DNA of 64,000 nt. Origin: Fibrobacteria bacterium (GTDB taxonomy: Bacteria; Fibrobacterota; Fibrobacteria; UBA11236). Both the position numbers and the translations under genes were made by a program. The stretch covers positions 34,807 through 98,806 of the forward strand of contig JAYTSD010000038.1 in NCBI GenBank assembly GCA_043745805.1, read 5' to 3'. Shown here piece after piece: positions 18,579-29,286 of this stretch (position 1 is the stretch's first letter; each line of letters begins with the position of its first letter). The notes under the pieces were generated by a model. It was not told where the DNA came from and did no database searches. It saw only the letters and a program-made list of their open reading frames with translations.

Positions 18579-21500
18579 TCAAAGATTTAATAAAAGACTA
18601 AAGCGTGCCTGGATTTTTTTAAAAGCATCAGCAGGAATTTCTTGATTTAATAAATCTTCGAATTTTAGATTTTGAACTCTTTCATCCTTGTTTTGTGTTT
18701 CTTCCAGCTTTTGTAATGCTTCGTATGGGTAAAGCCAAAAATTTTCATTCAATTCTTTTTGGAATTCTTTTAAGTAAAGCCAATCCAAATCTAAGGGCTT
18801 ATCCATGTCGGTTAATAAAGATTGCAAATAAAGCTTTGCCTCTTGTGCGGAAATATGCCAAGCCTTCCATGTTTTGTAAAAATATTTATTCTCCTTCCAG
18901 CAAAGCGTATGCGCTTCAAAAGGATGCGTTTGCAAGGTTATTGAGTAAGGACTTTCTTTTTGCAAAGCAAATAAATAAAAGAGAAACGGTTTAAGCACTG
19001 TCATGGCACTCAATTCATATTTTGAAAGGGTCAGAGAAATAAACGGCAATGGATTTTTTTCCAAATTCGCTGGAATGTACAATAAGGGAATGGAGCCATG
19101 CAATTGCCATGCTTTTTCCTCCGTCACAAGTGTGATACGCGGAAAAGCATTTTCGGGTGCAACTTGTGTTCCTCGAGCAGGTATTCCAAATGTCGGATGC
19201 CAATGTAAATTATATTCTTGGCCTAATTTTTGAGTAAACTGTTGTAACCCTTCGAAGCCTTCTTCAATCAATTTTTCTAATTGTTCGAGAGCGATACCCT
19301 GATATATTCCTTCAGGTGTTAAGCCTTGTAATTTCATTAAATTATACTTGGTTTTTAAAAAGCGTTTCGCTGTAGTGATATCCACTCTATTAGCTTGTAA
19401 ACAATCCATTAATATGGCTTCAATTAATCGTTTTTCTTGATCGGAAGTTAATTGAAAAGGTTCATTTTCATTTTGTGTGACATCCTCTTCGCCTTCCCAG
19501 GGAAGGTTCCATCGGTTTCTGAGAGTAAATCGTAAAGGATTAATAAGATATTTTTCGAGATCCGGTAACTTATATGTTTCCCTTACCATTTTTGTTACCG
19601 GGATGGAAATTTGACCAAAAGGGTGAATGAGGAATTGCCAAGATGCAGGCATGTCTAGATTGAAATCACTGCTACATTCTTGCTGTAATTGCGCGAGGCG
19701 TGCATCCACTTGATTAAAACTTTGGGGGGAGTCAAATATTTTGTTTTTTTCGTGAACAAATAATTCGGAACTATAAGAGAGCAGAGGTGCGTAGACTACT
19801 TGATAAGGCTTATTTTCTAAGGGTAAAAGGCATTCGGCTAAATAATCGATTAATTCTTTGAGGACAGGACTCATGGGCAATTCACGATCTTCGCGAATAT
19901 CACGATGTACATAACTCAGTACTAATTTTTCCTTTACACTCAGTAGCATTTCTAAAAATTGATATTTACTGCGTGCGGTATGATCTAAATCACCAATGAC
20001 TCGGCGGTATTGCCGTAGGTCTAAAGCTGAACTTTGATTTTGTCCAGGAAAATCGGATTCACCTAATCCGAGTACATAAACTTTTCGGAAAGGAATAATT
20101 CGCAAGGCGTTCATATCTGCAACATGAACGGCACCAAGAAAAAAAGGCGTATTCCCTAAGGATAAACGGGATAAAGCTAATCCAGCAGCTTCTACAATAT
20201 CGGAAAGCGAAATATTCGAAGCGGGATTATTGCTATTTACATTATTTATGGACATTACTTTTTGTAAAACATCTAAATCTTGTAAACCTTGCCATTCCCT
20301 AATTAACATAGTGCGGGCATGGGCTTCTTGAGGAAATTCTGGCGGCACGGTTAAATTGTTTTCTAAAAGATTTTGCAACATCGATGCAGCAATGGACCAA
20401 TGCGAAAAAATTTGTTTACGAAAAACTTTAATAGTTTGAAATAGTGACTCTAAGGTATGAATGAATTTTGCTAGAGATTCTTTATTCTCGGAATAACCAT
20501 CAGCATAAGGCAATATTTCAGTAATAGTATTTTCATAAACTTGTGCCTCGCCATCATGGGGGCTTTCCAAGACGGTACCCCAAAGTAAACGCTGCAATCC
20601 CCATTCCCAAGTATGTAGATTATCTTCTAAATAACCCTGATCATTTTTGTGTTCGGCATTTAAACTGTGGAAAATATGCAAATGCTCTATCCAATGTATC
20701 CATAATTGAATTTGCGTTTCATCCAAATCATGCTTAGTTTTAAAGCAGGGATTTTTGACAAAATCTAAAACCTCTTTGCGAGTGCATTTGCCAGTTAATA
20801 ATTGCAATAGCGATAAAGCACCTTGTCCATAAAGACTGTCACTGCCTGTTACCGTATCGCAGATGTTTAGGTTTATACGTGCGGGATTTGTTTTGTCTAA
20901 TTGTTCAAAAACGGAAGTTAAAAAAGGTTTATATTTTTTTAAATCTGGAATAAAAAGCGCGATATCGTCTAAGCATAAAGTTTTGTCTTCCAATAAATCA
21001 GCGACTAAGCTATGATAAACGGTTTCAACTTCACGCCTAATTTCTGGACAGGCGATAATTTGTAAGGACTTGTCTTGGAAAATTCTTTCTACCGCTGGTA
21101 AAATTTCACGTCGGTTTAATACGCTTTCTTGTAAAACCGATAATAAGCAATGTCGATTCGGTTCCGCGAAACATTCATAAAAATCATAATCAGTAATTTG
21201 ATTCCATAGCTGTACAATTTCACGACCCGGTTTTCCCCAAATACTTAATAAACGATTTTCCTCTTCTCCTGCATTTAATTCTTCTGCCTCTATTTCTTGT
21301 TGAGAAATGCTAAGTAGACTTTTTTCTTCATCCGCTAATTTTCTCCACGCCGCATATTGTTGATCGCGCAGTAAATGCAACTGTTGCTGGCGCTTTTCTT
21401 TGGGGGTTAATAAATCTTCCCAATAAGTTGCACAAGGATTTAGGGTATAAATCAAAAAATGCGCTTCGCGTCCAGGTAACTTCTTTTCATCGCTTAAAGC

Positions 21501-22274
21501 TTGAATTAAAGAGCGATGAAAAGGAGATATTTGTGAGAGTCCGAATAAATGATAAACAGGTGCCGTTTCTATTTTCAATTCCCGTTTTTGATTTAATACC
21601 ATTTCCGCATATTGTGGCAAAGTGTAATAATATTGACCGCTTTCTACGCCTAAGCGATCGCGCAAGCCATGGAGGCCAAAAATTTCATGGTACAATGTCT
21701 TTTGCCAAGCTTCTAAACGCATCGCTCTTTCCCGTGCATTCCCCACGAGCGATTTGGGCAATAATGGGGTAAAACAAGCCTGATTATCTTTCCATAAAAA
21801 GGTTAATGATTCGCGACCATGTTCTTGCACGCGACTGTATTCATATTCACGAAATAAACGCGCAACTTGTTCAGCCAATTGAAAGCTACGAGTAGAAAAT
21901 AGATTACTATTATCATTTACTTCGCTGGTATGTAAATATTTTTGGATTTCCTCAGGAGCCTTTTGTTGAAAAACCATCATGAGCATATATTGCAATTTGC
22001 GCTCATCTAATAATTCAGCAGATAATCTTTCTTTCGCTTGCCGATACAAATCCAAATCTGCTAAACGACTCCACAAAGTTTTTTCCAGTAAAGCAAATGA
22101 ATAATTCGCAACGATACCTTTTTTTTCAGCCAAGGCAGCTTGTACCCAAGTTTTTAAACTGACATTTGGAGTGGCAATAGAGGGCGGAGAAAATGGATCG
22201 ACGTAAACCAAGTTCTCCGACAATTTGTCGAGCAATACCGTGAGTGAATTACTGAAATACAGTTGAGCTGACAT
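18579..22274 (-). CDS. recC: exodeoxyribonuclease V gamma subunit
   Basis: YFSNSL N-terminus, NPCATYWED, LLSIWGKPGRE; start at ATG 22274 after AAGGAG; recC-recB-recD order. Confidence 0.9.
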   Translation of the reverse strand: MSAQLYFSNSLTVLLDKLSENLVYVDPFSPPSIATPNVSLKTWVQAALAEKKGIVANYSFALLEKTLWSRLADLDLYRQAKERLSAELLDERKLQYMLMMVFQQKAPEEIQKYLHTSEVNDNSNLFSTRSFQLAEQVARLFREYEYSRVQEHGRESLTFLWKDNQACFTPLLPKSLVGNARERAMRLEAWQKTLYHEIFGLHGLRDRLGVESGQYYYTLPQYAEMVLNQKRELKIETAPVYHLFGLSQISPFHRSLIQALSDEKKLPGREAHFLIYTLNPCATYWEDLLTPKEKRQQQLHLLRDQQYAAWRKLADEEKSLLSISQQEIEAEELNAGEEENRLLSIWGKPGREIVQLWNQITDYDFYECFAEPNRHCLLSVLQESVLNRREILPAVERIFQDKSLQIIACPEIRREVETVYHSLVADLLEDKTLCLDDIALFIPDLKKYKPFLTSVFEQLDKTNPARINLNICDTVTGSDSLYGQGALSLLQLLTGKCTRKEVLDFVKNPCFKTKHDLDETQIQLWIHWIEHLHIFHSLNAEHKNDQGYLEDNLHTWEWGLQRLLWGTVLESPHDGEAQVYENTITEILPYADGYSENKESLAKFIHTLESLFQTIKVFRKQIFSHWSIAASMLQNLLENNLTVPPEFPQEAHARTMLIREWQGLQDLDVLQKVMSINNVNSNNPASNISLSDIVEAAGLALSRLSLGNTPFFLGAVHVADMNALRIIPFRKVYVLGLGESDFPGQNQSSALDLRQYRRVIGDLDHTARSKYQFLEMLLSVKEKLVLSYVHRDIREDRELPMSPVLKELIDYLAECLLPLENKPYQVVYAPLLSYSSELFVHEKNKIFDSPQSFNQVDARLAQLQQECSSDFNLDMPASWQFLIHPFGQISIPVTKMVRETYKLPDLEKYLINPLRFTLRNRWNLPWEGEEDVTQNENEPFQLTSDQEKRLIEAILMDCLQANRVDITTAKRFLKTKYNLMKLQGLTPEGIYQGIALEQLEKLIEEGFEGLQQFTQKLGQEYNLHWHPTFGIPARGTQVAPENAFPRITLVTEEKAWQLHGSIPLLYIPANLEKNPLPFISLTLSKYELSAMTVLKPFLFYLFALQKESPYSITLQTHPFEAHTLCWKENKYFYKTWKAWHISAQEAKLYLQSLLTDMDKPLDLDWLYLKEFQKELNENFWLYPYEALQKLEETQNKDERVQNLKFEDLLNQEIPADAFKKIQARFSLLLNL

Positions 22275-22384
22275 AATCTCCTTACCCCATAAAAGGTAAA
22301 TAGATTGAGAAATGATACTTGCCACAAATGGCAAGAGAACCTTATTTGAAGGTATATTGTGGAGTACACAGGGGAGAATTAAAA

Positions 22385-23377
22385 GTGACCGACGAAAAGG
22401 ACCGCACGGGCAAGAAAATTTATTTTCGCATTCTTGGTTATGTGCTTAAACTCGCATTTGGCGCAGGAATTATAGGATGGTTAATTCATTCTCATGCATT
22501 ACAACCACAATTGATTGCCCAGGCTTTTCGCAGTCATAGCATGGTTTTATTGGCCGCGATGGGGATATATGCAGTTGTGGTATTTTGTTCTGGGTTGCGT
22601 TGGTTTATTTTATTGAGAGCGGCCGGACTAAAGATTGGTTTTGCCCGAGTGTTCAGTCTGCATATGATAGGAATTTTTTTTACGTGCCTTATGCCGGGAG
22701 GCACGGGAGGAGATCTGGTCAAGGGGTATTATTTGTTTCGCGAGGCAGGGTCACAACGCATACTGGGTTTATTTTCTCTGGCGATGGATAGAGTAATAGG
22801 CCTGTTTGGTTTATTAGGTATTGGTGCTTTAATGTCGCTGCTTAATTATTCCTTTATCGCGCAGCAGCCATTATTGCGTTGGAGCAGTTTGGTATATGGC
22901 GCCGTATTTGTGGGGACTATTTTCGTTTTCTTGTTTTTTATCTCTCCATTTTCTCAACCGTTAATCCTTTACTTGCAGCGTTTGCGTTTCGCAAAAAAAA
23001 TCATTACCCCTTTGGTCGAAGCCCTGCAGGTATACCGCGCTTGTTCAGGAAGTTTAATAGTAACCTTCCTGTTAACCATGTTGCTTCATATCGGTTTGAT
23101 TGGTGTGTTTGCCTTAAGCGCTTATGCTTTGGATTTGCATTTGCCTTTTCTTCGTCATGGTTTCTTAGGACCCACTTTAACCATGATTAATGGTTTACCC
23201 ATTGCTCCTGCGGGCATCGGGGTCGGTGAAGCTGCAGGTAAGGTGCTTTATAAGATGATGGGTTTAGCGCAAGGCGGTGGGGAAATTTTAGCCTTATATC
23301 ATGTATGCGTATTGTCGGTTTCGCTATTCGGAGCCCCTTTTTATTTTCTCTTTCGTCCTAACAAAAGTAAAGTATAG
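22385..23377 (+). CDS. UPF0104/lysylphosphatidylglycerol-synthase TM domain (putative flippase)
   Basis: RW..LL, PGGTGGDLVK, DRVIGL and PIAPAGIGVGE motifs; GTG start after GGGGAG. Confidence 0.85.
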   Translation: MTDEKDRTGKKIYFRILGYVLKLAFGAGIIGWLIHSHALQPQLIAQAFRSHSMVLLAAMGIYAVVVFCSGLRWFILLRAAGLKIGFARVFSLHMIGIFFTCLMPGGTGGDLVKGYYLFREAGSQRILGLFSLAMDRVIGLFGLLGIGALMSLLNYSFIAQQPLLRWSSLVYGAVFVGTIFVFLFFISPFSQPLILYLQRLRFAKKIITPLVEALQVYRACSGSLIVTFLLTMLLHIGLIGVFALSAYALDLHLPFLRHGFLGPTLTMINGLPIAPAGIGVGEAAGKVLYKMMGLAQGGGEILALYHVCVLSVSLFGAPFYFLFRPNKSKV

Positions 23378-23384
23378 GGAATTT

Positions 23385-24113
23385 TTAGCTAAAACCCAGT
23401 CCCATCAATTTACCACAAGCCAATAAGGGCGCATGAATAGCACGCAAACGTGTCTCTCCCAAACCCAACCAATAAGCTAAGGTATCCTGCTTAAAACCAT
23501 CGATTTCCCTTGGGGAAAATCCACCTTCGGATCCTATGAGTAAATAGTAAAGATCATTTTTGTTTTCGGGAAGTTTATCGGATCCTGGATGCGCAATAAT
23601 TAATGGTCTTTGGGTATTCTGTTCTCGCCAACTTGATAAACTAATCGGTTCTAAAATTTCCGTGAGCCACGCTTTCTTTGCTTGCTTTAAGGCAACTAAA
23701 GATTTTTGCTTCAAACGTTCAACGGCCTTTGCGTAATTTTGATCTTTGAATTCTTGCGTATAATCCGAGAACACCAAATGAATTTGAGCAATAGTGAGCT
23801 GGCATAAGCCTTCAATAGGAATTTCTAAATCCTTCCCCTTTAGCCAACACAAAACCAAATTTAAAGCGGGGGGATTAATTATTTCTTGAACTTTTTCTAA
23901 AGCTTCAAAATGTAATTGCTTGCCTAGTTGATTGAGTTTGCAAAGGAAAACCGTACCCATTCCATTACTCACTAAAACTTCCGTGCCAATACTTAAGCGC
24001 AATACCCGTAACATATGTGTTTCTTCGGTTTCGGGTACAGAAATCAATTCCCCCACGTTTTTTAAGGGCGCATAAAACCAAGTTTCATCAAAAAGTTTTG
24101 CTTCGGCGGTCAT
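23385..24113 (-). CDS. rsmE: 16S rRNA m3U1498 methyltransferase
   Basis: HMLRVLRL, IGSEGGFS and LGETRLRA SPOUT motifs. Confidence 0.85.
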   Translation of the reverse strand: MTAEAKLFDETWFYAPLKNVGELISVPETEETHMLRVLRLSIGTEVLVSNGMGTVFLCKLNQLGKQLHFEALEKVQEIINPPALNLVLCWLKGKDLEIPIEGLCQLTIAQIHLVFSDYTQEFKDQNYAKAVERLKQKSLVALKQAKKAWLTEILEPISLSSWREQNTQRPLIIAHPGSDKLPENKNDLYYLLIGSEGGFSPREIDGFKQDTLAYWLGLGETRLRAIHAPLLACGKLMGLGFS

Positions 24114-24430
24114 GACAATTTTAAAAACCGTTTCATGACTTCAAAAAAACCATTTTCACGACTCAACCAATAAAGACAATAACCTTGAGCACCAGTAAAG
24201 AGCAAACCTAAAAGAAGATTGATTAAAAAGACAAACCATTTTATTTCGGCTTTAAATACAGCTGAAAAACTGAGTAACAAAAGGGTAACACAGGAAAAAA
24301 ACAAGCCACAAAAACTGGTAAAAAGTATGGCTTGATAATCCATAAAGTCGGGGTTACGCCAATAGAGATAGCCGGATCCCAATAATAGCAGGGTATTAAT
24401 AGCTTGTAAAAAACCAATTGTTAAAGGCAT
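24110..24430 (-). CDS. small membrane protein (3 TM)
   Basis: Three hydrophobic segments; overlaps both neighbours in an operon. Confidence 0.65.
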   Translation of the reverse strand: MPLTIGFLQAINTLLLLGSGYLYWRNPDFMDYQAILFTSFCGLFFSCVTLLLLSFSAVFKAEIKWFVFLINLLLGLLFTGAQGYCLYWLSRENGFFEVMKRFLKLS

Positions 24431-25305
24431 TAGTTTCCTATTCCATATACAGTCGCGGTAAGCGCTGTTTCCGTGTTTATTCGATTACATAAATGTTCTA
24501 AAAAATCGTTTTCAATGGGCGTACAAAAAACCTCTGAAGGTTGTCGCGCCAAAGTATAAAGTTGTACTTCCCGAATTTTAGCGCCACTAGCGTGAATGCG
24601 ATTTAAGCGTTGTAAATAGGCTTGAATTTCTTTTTCATGCGGAGTCATTCCTTCTAAGCGACAAAAAAAAGATTGCATCACAAAGGGAAAATTTTGACCT
24701 AAGACAATTAAATTCTGTTCAATTTGATCTAAAGAAATTTTAGAGACATTAATTTTCTGAAACCATTCTTCTGTTCCCGCATCGAGCTTGGCCCAGATTT
24801 CTCCGCGATGAGATAAGAGATGTTTAATTCCAGCTAAAACTTTTGGCCGATTAAGCAAGGTTGCATTGGTGATGAGTAAAAGTTGAAAATCTTTTTTATG
24901 ATGTTGGTTCTGAAATTTTTCCAATAAAGCACATACGGCTTCGAATTCAGGGACCATGGTGGGTTCACCATCTCCGCTAATGGCGATGTCTTTTAATATT
25001 TTTTGTTTAGCGGGAATATCGGCAAATTTTTCTAAACCCGAAGCACCTTTTTCATCGAGTGTAGCGAAAAAAGATTGTAATTCCTGTTCAATTTCGTGCA
25101 CGTCGATATTTTGTTTAAGTTTGTCACCCGTTCTATTCACTTGGCAGTAAGGGCAATCAAAATTGCAGGCTTTATCTAAGTTGAGATTAATGCCTAAAGA
25201 CAAGCCTTGCGAGCGACGGGAAATGACCGGATAAATGTATTTGTAGTTTGCATAAATACGGGGATGATGAGATTGAGCATTATGCAAAGATTCAGATGAC
25301 GACAT
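24430..25305 (-). CDS. radical SAM protein of unknown function
   Basis: CNFDCPYC motif, SRRSQGLSLGINL, SGDGEPT. Confidence 0.88.
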   Translation of the reverse strand: MSSSESLHNAQSHHPRIYANYKYIYPVISRRSQGLSLGINLNLDKACNFDCPYCQVNRTGDKLKQNIDVHEIEQELQSFFATLDEKGASGLEKFADIPAKQKILKDIAISGDGEPTMVPEFEAVCALLEKFQNQHHKKDFQLLLITNATLLNRPKVLAGIKHLLSHRGEIWAKLDAGTEEWFQKINVSKISLDQIEQNLIVLGQNFPFVMQSFFCRLEGMTPHEKEIQAYLQRLNRIHASGAKIREVQLYTLARQPSEVFCTPIENDFLEHLCNRINTETALTATVYGIGN

Positions 25306-25358
25306 TGTAGAGTAAAATATATTAGAATTCCTAAGAAACAGTTTAGTTGGAATTAATT

Positions 25359-26483
25359 ATGTCTAAAGTTAAGCCAAAGGTAAATTCTAAAAGCGAGGAA
25401 AAATGGTCGAAGCGTGATCGTCATTTTATGTCCTTGGCATTTGCCGAAGCCCAAAAAGCCCGAGGTAAAACTTTACCCAACCCTGCTGTGGGCGCTGTGC
25501 TAGTGCAAAAGGGTAAAATTATTGGCCGTGGATTTACCCAACCCTCTGGTCAAGCGCATGCGGAAATTATGGCTTTGAGGGATGCTGGACCTAAAGCAAA
25601 AGGGGCAATACTATTTGTGACTTTGGAGCCTTGTAGTCATTTCGGACGGACTCCGCCTTGTGCAAATGCCATTATCGCCGCAGGAATTAGTGAAGTGGTA
25701 GTAGCTATTCGTGATCCCAATCCTAAAGTAGGCGGACAAGGTTTACGAAATTTGCGAGCGGCAGGAATTAAGGTTCGACTCGGCTTAATGGAGGAGTATG
25801 CGGCGATTTGGTATGCTCCATTTTTCTTTTATATCAAGCATGGACGTCCGCAAATTATATTGAAAATTGCGCAAAGTTTGGATGGTAACATTAATGCTAA
25901 CCCTGGCCAAGAGACGGCTATTACAGGTTTAGAAGCCCAGCTCTTTACCCATGAATTACGAACTAATGTGGATGCCGTGCTCATTGGGGGGAAAACTTTT
26001 CGCGTGGATAATCCCCAGCTTACGCCGCGTTTGGTAAAAGGACCCGTACCTGATGCGTTGATATTAAGTCGAGGAGACCATAAGGATGCTTGGCCCATTA
26101 CGCATTATTTGCTAGCCGGAAAACGCGAAGGCCGAACGGTATTACTTACTCCCGCATTAAAAAACACACCTCAGCATGCGATTCATGAAGTGATTCCACT
26201 AAAAGCTTCCGCGCAAATATTGATGCAAGCATTGGAAACGATTTTTCAAAGCCGAGGTTATCACTCCATTTTGATTGAGGGTGGAGCTGAAATATGGAAT
26301 TTATTTTTGCAAACCGGACATTGGGATGATTTGTATTTATTAACTGCACCCAAGTTTTTACCGAATGGTCAATGCTGGCATGACAAGTTGGCAGTTGACA
26401 TTGGAAAGCATTGGGTTTTTGATAAGTTTGTTCCCGTAGGGCAAGATATTTTGCTAAAAATTAAAAATACCAGAAAGCATTAA
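25359..26483 (+). CDS. ribD: bifunctional pyrimidine deaminase/reductase
   Basis: PNPAVGAV, HAE, TLEPCSHFGRTPPC, SLDG and IEGG motifs. Confidence 0.95.
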   Translation: MSKVKPKVNSKSEEKWSKRDRHFMSLAFAEAQKARGKTLPNPAVGAVLVQKGKIIGRGFTQPSGQAHAEIMALRDAGPKAKGAILFVTLEPCSHFGRTPPCANAIIAAGISEVVVAIRDPNPKVGGQGLRNLRAAGIKVRLGLMEEYAAIWYAPFFFYIKHGRPQIILKIAQSLDGNINANPGQETAITGLEAQLFTHELRTNVDAVLIGGKTFRVDNPQLTPRLVKGPVPDALILSRGDHKDAWPITHYLLAGKREGRTVLLTPALKNTPQHAIHEVIPLKASAQILMQALETIFQSRGYHSILIEGGAEIWNLFLQTGHWDDLYLLTAPKFLPNGQCWHDKLAVDIGKHWVFDKFVPVGQDILLKIKNTRKH

Positions 26484-26485
26484 TT

Positions 26486-27160
26486 ATGTTCACGGGCATT
26501 ATTCAAGAAATAGGCGAAGTCCTGCAAATTCAAGCAGGAGCGGATGCTAAAACCTTTACACTAAAGGCTCCTAAGAGTCGCCCGCTTTTAAAAATTGGGG
26601 ATAGTATTGCTTGCAATGGGGTGTGTTTAACTGCTACACAAATTACCGCGAATGGATTTACGGCTACTGCCGTTGCGGAGACTTTAGCTAAAACGAATTT
26701 AGGGCAATGGAAAAATGGAATTTCAATTAACCTCGAGTTAGCGGCAACACCACAAACCCCACTAGGCGGCCATTATGTTATGGGTCATATTGATGGGGTA
26801 GTCGAGGTGTTACGTTGGAGAGAAATGGGTGGCGCAGGTGGTGGTAAAGAATTAACGGTAGGACTTCCCAAACCATTTGCCAAATATTGCGTGGCCAAAG
26901 GCTCATTCGGATTGAATGGTGTAAGCCTTACTATTGCAAAAATTGAAAATACGGAATTGACTTTTGCTTTGATTCCGCATACTCTGGAGCAAACCAATTT
27001 AGGCAAGGCTCTTCTCGGAGACACTTTTAATTTTGAAGTGGATATACTGGGAAAATATGTAGAGAAATTATTGCGATCTTCGCAAGAGGACGATTCACAA
27101 AGAAATAATGAAAAATCGATACAAAAATCACAAATAGAAAAGTGGGGCTATGGGTTTTAA
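26486..27160 (+). CDS. ribE: riboflavin synthase
   Basis: MFTGII N-terminus, GDSIACNGVCLT, GGHYVMGHIDG (E. coli ribC equivalent). Confidence 0.95.
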   Translation: MFTGIIQEIGEVLQIQAGADAKTFTLKAPKSRPLLKIGDSIACNGVCLTATQITANGFTATAVAETLAKTNLGQWKNGISINLELAATPQTPLGGHYVMGHIDGVVEVLRWREMGGAGGGKELTVGLPKPFAKYCVAKGSFGLNGVSLTIAKIENTELTFALIPHTLEQTNLGKALLGDTFNFEVDILGKYVEKLLRSSQEDDSQRNNEKSIQKSQIEKWGYGF

Positions 27161-28322
27161 TAAAATACCAGAAGCAATTGCGGATATTAAAAAAGGCAAA
27201 CTCATACTTGTCGTCGATGATAAAAGTCGCGAAAATGAAGGCGATATTGTTTTTGCCGCCAGTAAATCAACTCCTGCAAAAATCAATTTTTTGGCAAAGT
27301 ATGCCCGTGGTTTGATTTGCGTGGCGATGTCCGCGGAACGAGTTGATGCCCTTAAACTCGCGCCCATGGTAGAAAATAATTCCAGTGTGCATGAAACGGC
27401 ATTTACGGTTTCCGTAGAAGCTAAAACTGGAACCACGACGGGCATATCGGCATCCGATCGCAGTCTCACTGCGAAATTATTAGCGGATGAAAAATCCGGT
27501 CCCCAGGATTTTGTAAGTCCCGGCCATGTTTTTCCTTTGAAGGCTAAAAGGGGAGGTGTGCTCGTGAGAGCCGGTCATACCGAAGCTGCCGTGGATTTAG
27601 TGGCGATGGCAGGATTGGGTTCCGCGGGCGTAATATGCGAAGTCATGAATGAAAATGGCACTATGGCGCGCTTGCGCGATAATATGCTTTTTGCCAAAAA
27701 ACATGGGCTTAAAATCATTTCCGTAGAAGATTTGATTTCTTATCGGCGTTTACAAGAAAAATTAATTAAACCTCTTTGTTCTCCGCTTATGCCTACCAAA
27801 CATGGGAACTTTCAATCCTTTGTGTATGAGGATTTAATTCATGGTAGACGACATATTGCTTTGGTGCGTGGTGCGATTCGGGCGGACAAACCCGTGCTGG
27901 TGCGTGTACATTCGGAATGTGTAATGGGTGACGTTTTTGCTTCTCAGCGCTGTGATTGCGGAATGCTTTTGCAACAAGGGATGGAAGCCGTAGCGCGTCA
28001 GGGTGGCGTATTGCTTTATATGCGGCAACTTGATCCCGAAGCCAATTTTTTGCAGAAGATGGAAGGTTATGTTGAAGAAGACAAACGCACAAAAGCTAAT
28101 GCTAAGCTAGGTGAAAATACTTCTAAGCAACATCACCCTAGTCTTATGGATTCGCGTACCTATGGCATTGGAGCCCAAATTTTATTTGATTTAGGCGTGC
28201 GTCAATTACACCTTTTGACCAATAATCCCAAACGCATTCAAGGTTTGGAAGGGTATGGTTTAAAAATCATTAATCAAATTCCGCTTGGTCGGGAAGTAAA
28301 ATCACGCAAAAAGGTGACCTAA
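27150..28322 (+). CDS. ribBA: DHBP synthase fused to a (possibly degenerate) GTP cyclohydrolase II domain
   Basis: RENEGD, TTGISASDR, PGHVFPL, GHTEAAVDL; C-domain has HSEC..RCDC but lacks EGRGIG. Confidence 0.88.
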   Translation: MGFNKIPEAIADIKKGKLILVVDDKSRENEGDIVFAASKSTPAKINFLAKYARGLICVAMSAERVDALKLAPMVENNSSVHETAFTVSVEAKTGTTTGISASDRSLTAKLLADEKSGPQDFVSPGHVFPLKAKRGGVLVRAGHTEAAVDLVAMAGLGSAGVICEVMNENGTMARLRDNMLFAKKHGLKIISVEDLISYRRLQEKLIKPLCSPLMPTKHGNFQSFVYEDLIHGRRHIALVRGAIRADKPVLVRVHSECVMGDVFASQRCDCGMLLQQGMEAVARQGGVLLYMRQLDPEANFLQKMEGYVEEDKRTKANAKLGENTSKQHHPSLMDSRTYGIGAQILFDLGVRQLHLLTNNPKRIQGLEGYGLKIINQIPLGREVKSRKKVT

Positions 28323-28403
28323 AAAAAGCTTAATTGCCGGAATATTGCTAAATTCGTTCCTCCTTTTTAAAACTGGAATAAATCCAGGAAAGCAGGAGAT
28401 TTT

Positions 28404-28868
28404 ATGGCCATCATTGAAGGTAAATTGTCGGCGCAAAACTTAAAGGCAGCAATTATTGTTTCCCGATTTAACGCATTAGTTACCAAAGAATTATTAGCAG
28501 GTGCCCTCGACTGTTTTGTGCGCCATGGTGGCGTGGAAAAAGATTTAACCATCATCTGGGTTCCAGGTGCTTTTGAAATAGCGCAGGTCGCGCAAAAAAT
28601 AGTGAAAATCGGTAAAGTAAATGCGGTCATTACTTTGGGCGCAGTTATTCGTGGAAGTACACCGCACTTTGATCAAGTGGCAAACGCAGTAACCAAAGGT
28701 GTGGCGGACATTGCCCTGCATGCTTCTATCCCCGTAGTATTTGGTGTATTAACTACGGATAATTTAGAACAAGCTTTAGAGAGAGCCGGTTCCAAGGCTG
28801 GTAATAAAGGCTGGGATGCAATGCTCACAGCAATTGAAATGGCGGACTTATTGGATAAATTGAAATGA
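28404..28868 (+). CDS. ribH: 6,7-dimethyl-8-ribityllumazine synthase
   Basis: [23 protein letters not shown] and GNKG motifs. Confidence 0.96.
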   Translation: MAIIEGKLSAQNLKAAIIVSRFNALVTKELLAGALDCFVRHGGVEKDLTIIWVPGAFEIAQVAQKIVKIGKVNAVITLGAVIRGSTPHFDQVANAVTKGVADIALHASIPVVFGVLTTDNLEQALERAGSKAGNKGWDAMLTAIEMADLLDKLK

Positions 28869-29278
28869 ATTCACGTAGAAAAGGGCGTGAATATGGAATG
28901 CAATTACTCTATGCCATGGAAGTAGGTAATCAAAGTTTTGGAGCAGCCTCCTCAGCGGTTCCAGGCGATGAAGAGTTTAGTGAAGAGGCTAAACAATATG
29001 GCGCTTTATTAGCCGAAAAAGTTATGTCACAAATGGAAGATATTGATGCGCGCATTAAAGAAGCTTCCAGTAATTGGGAAATGGAAAGAATCGCCGTAGT
29101 GGATAAAATTATTATCCGTTGCAGCGTAGCGGAAATGCTCTATTTCAAAGATATCCCTGTGCGTGTAAGTATTAATGAAGCTATTGACATCGCCAAAAAA
29201 TATTCCACTGAAAATTCTAGCCGTTTTGTAAACGGTGTACTCGATTCTATTGCCCGTCAGGGCTCTAATTTTAATTAA
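28865..29278 (+). CDS. nusB: transcription antitermination factor NusB
   Basis: RRKGRE N-terminus, [19 protein letters not shown]; ribH-nusB synteny. Confidence 0.95.
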   Translation: MNSRRKGREYGMQLLYAMEVGNQSFGAASSAVPGDEEFSEEAKQYGALLAEKVMSQMEDIDARIKEASSNWEMERIAVVDKIIIRCSVAEMLYFKDIPVRVSINEAIDIAKKYSTENSSRFVNGVLDSIARQGSNFN

Positions 29279-29286
29279 GGATAAAC

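Noticed and set aside
12942-22274. RecBCD as a novel defence nuclease-helicase system
   Set aside because: Motifs and recC-recB-recD order are canonical for exonuclease V
25306-25358. FMN riboswitch upstream of the rib operon
   Set aside because: Only about 50 bp of divergent intergenic space and no RFN consensus
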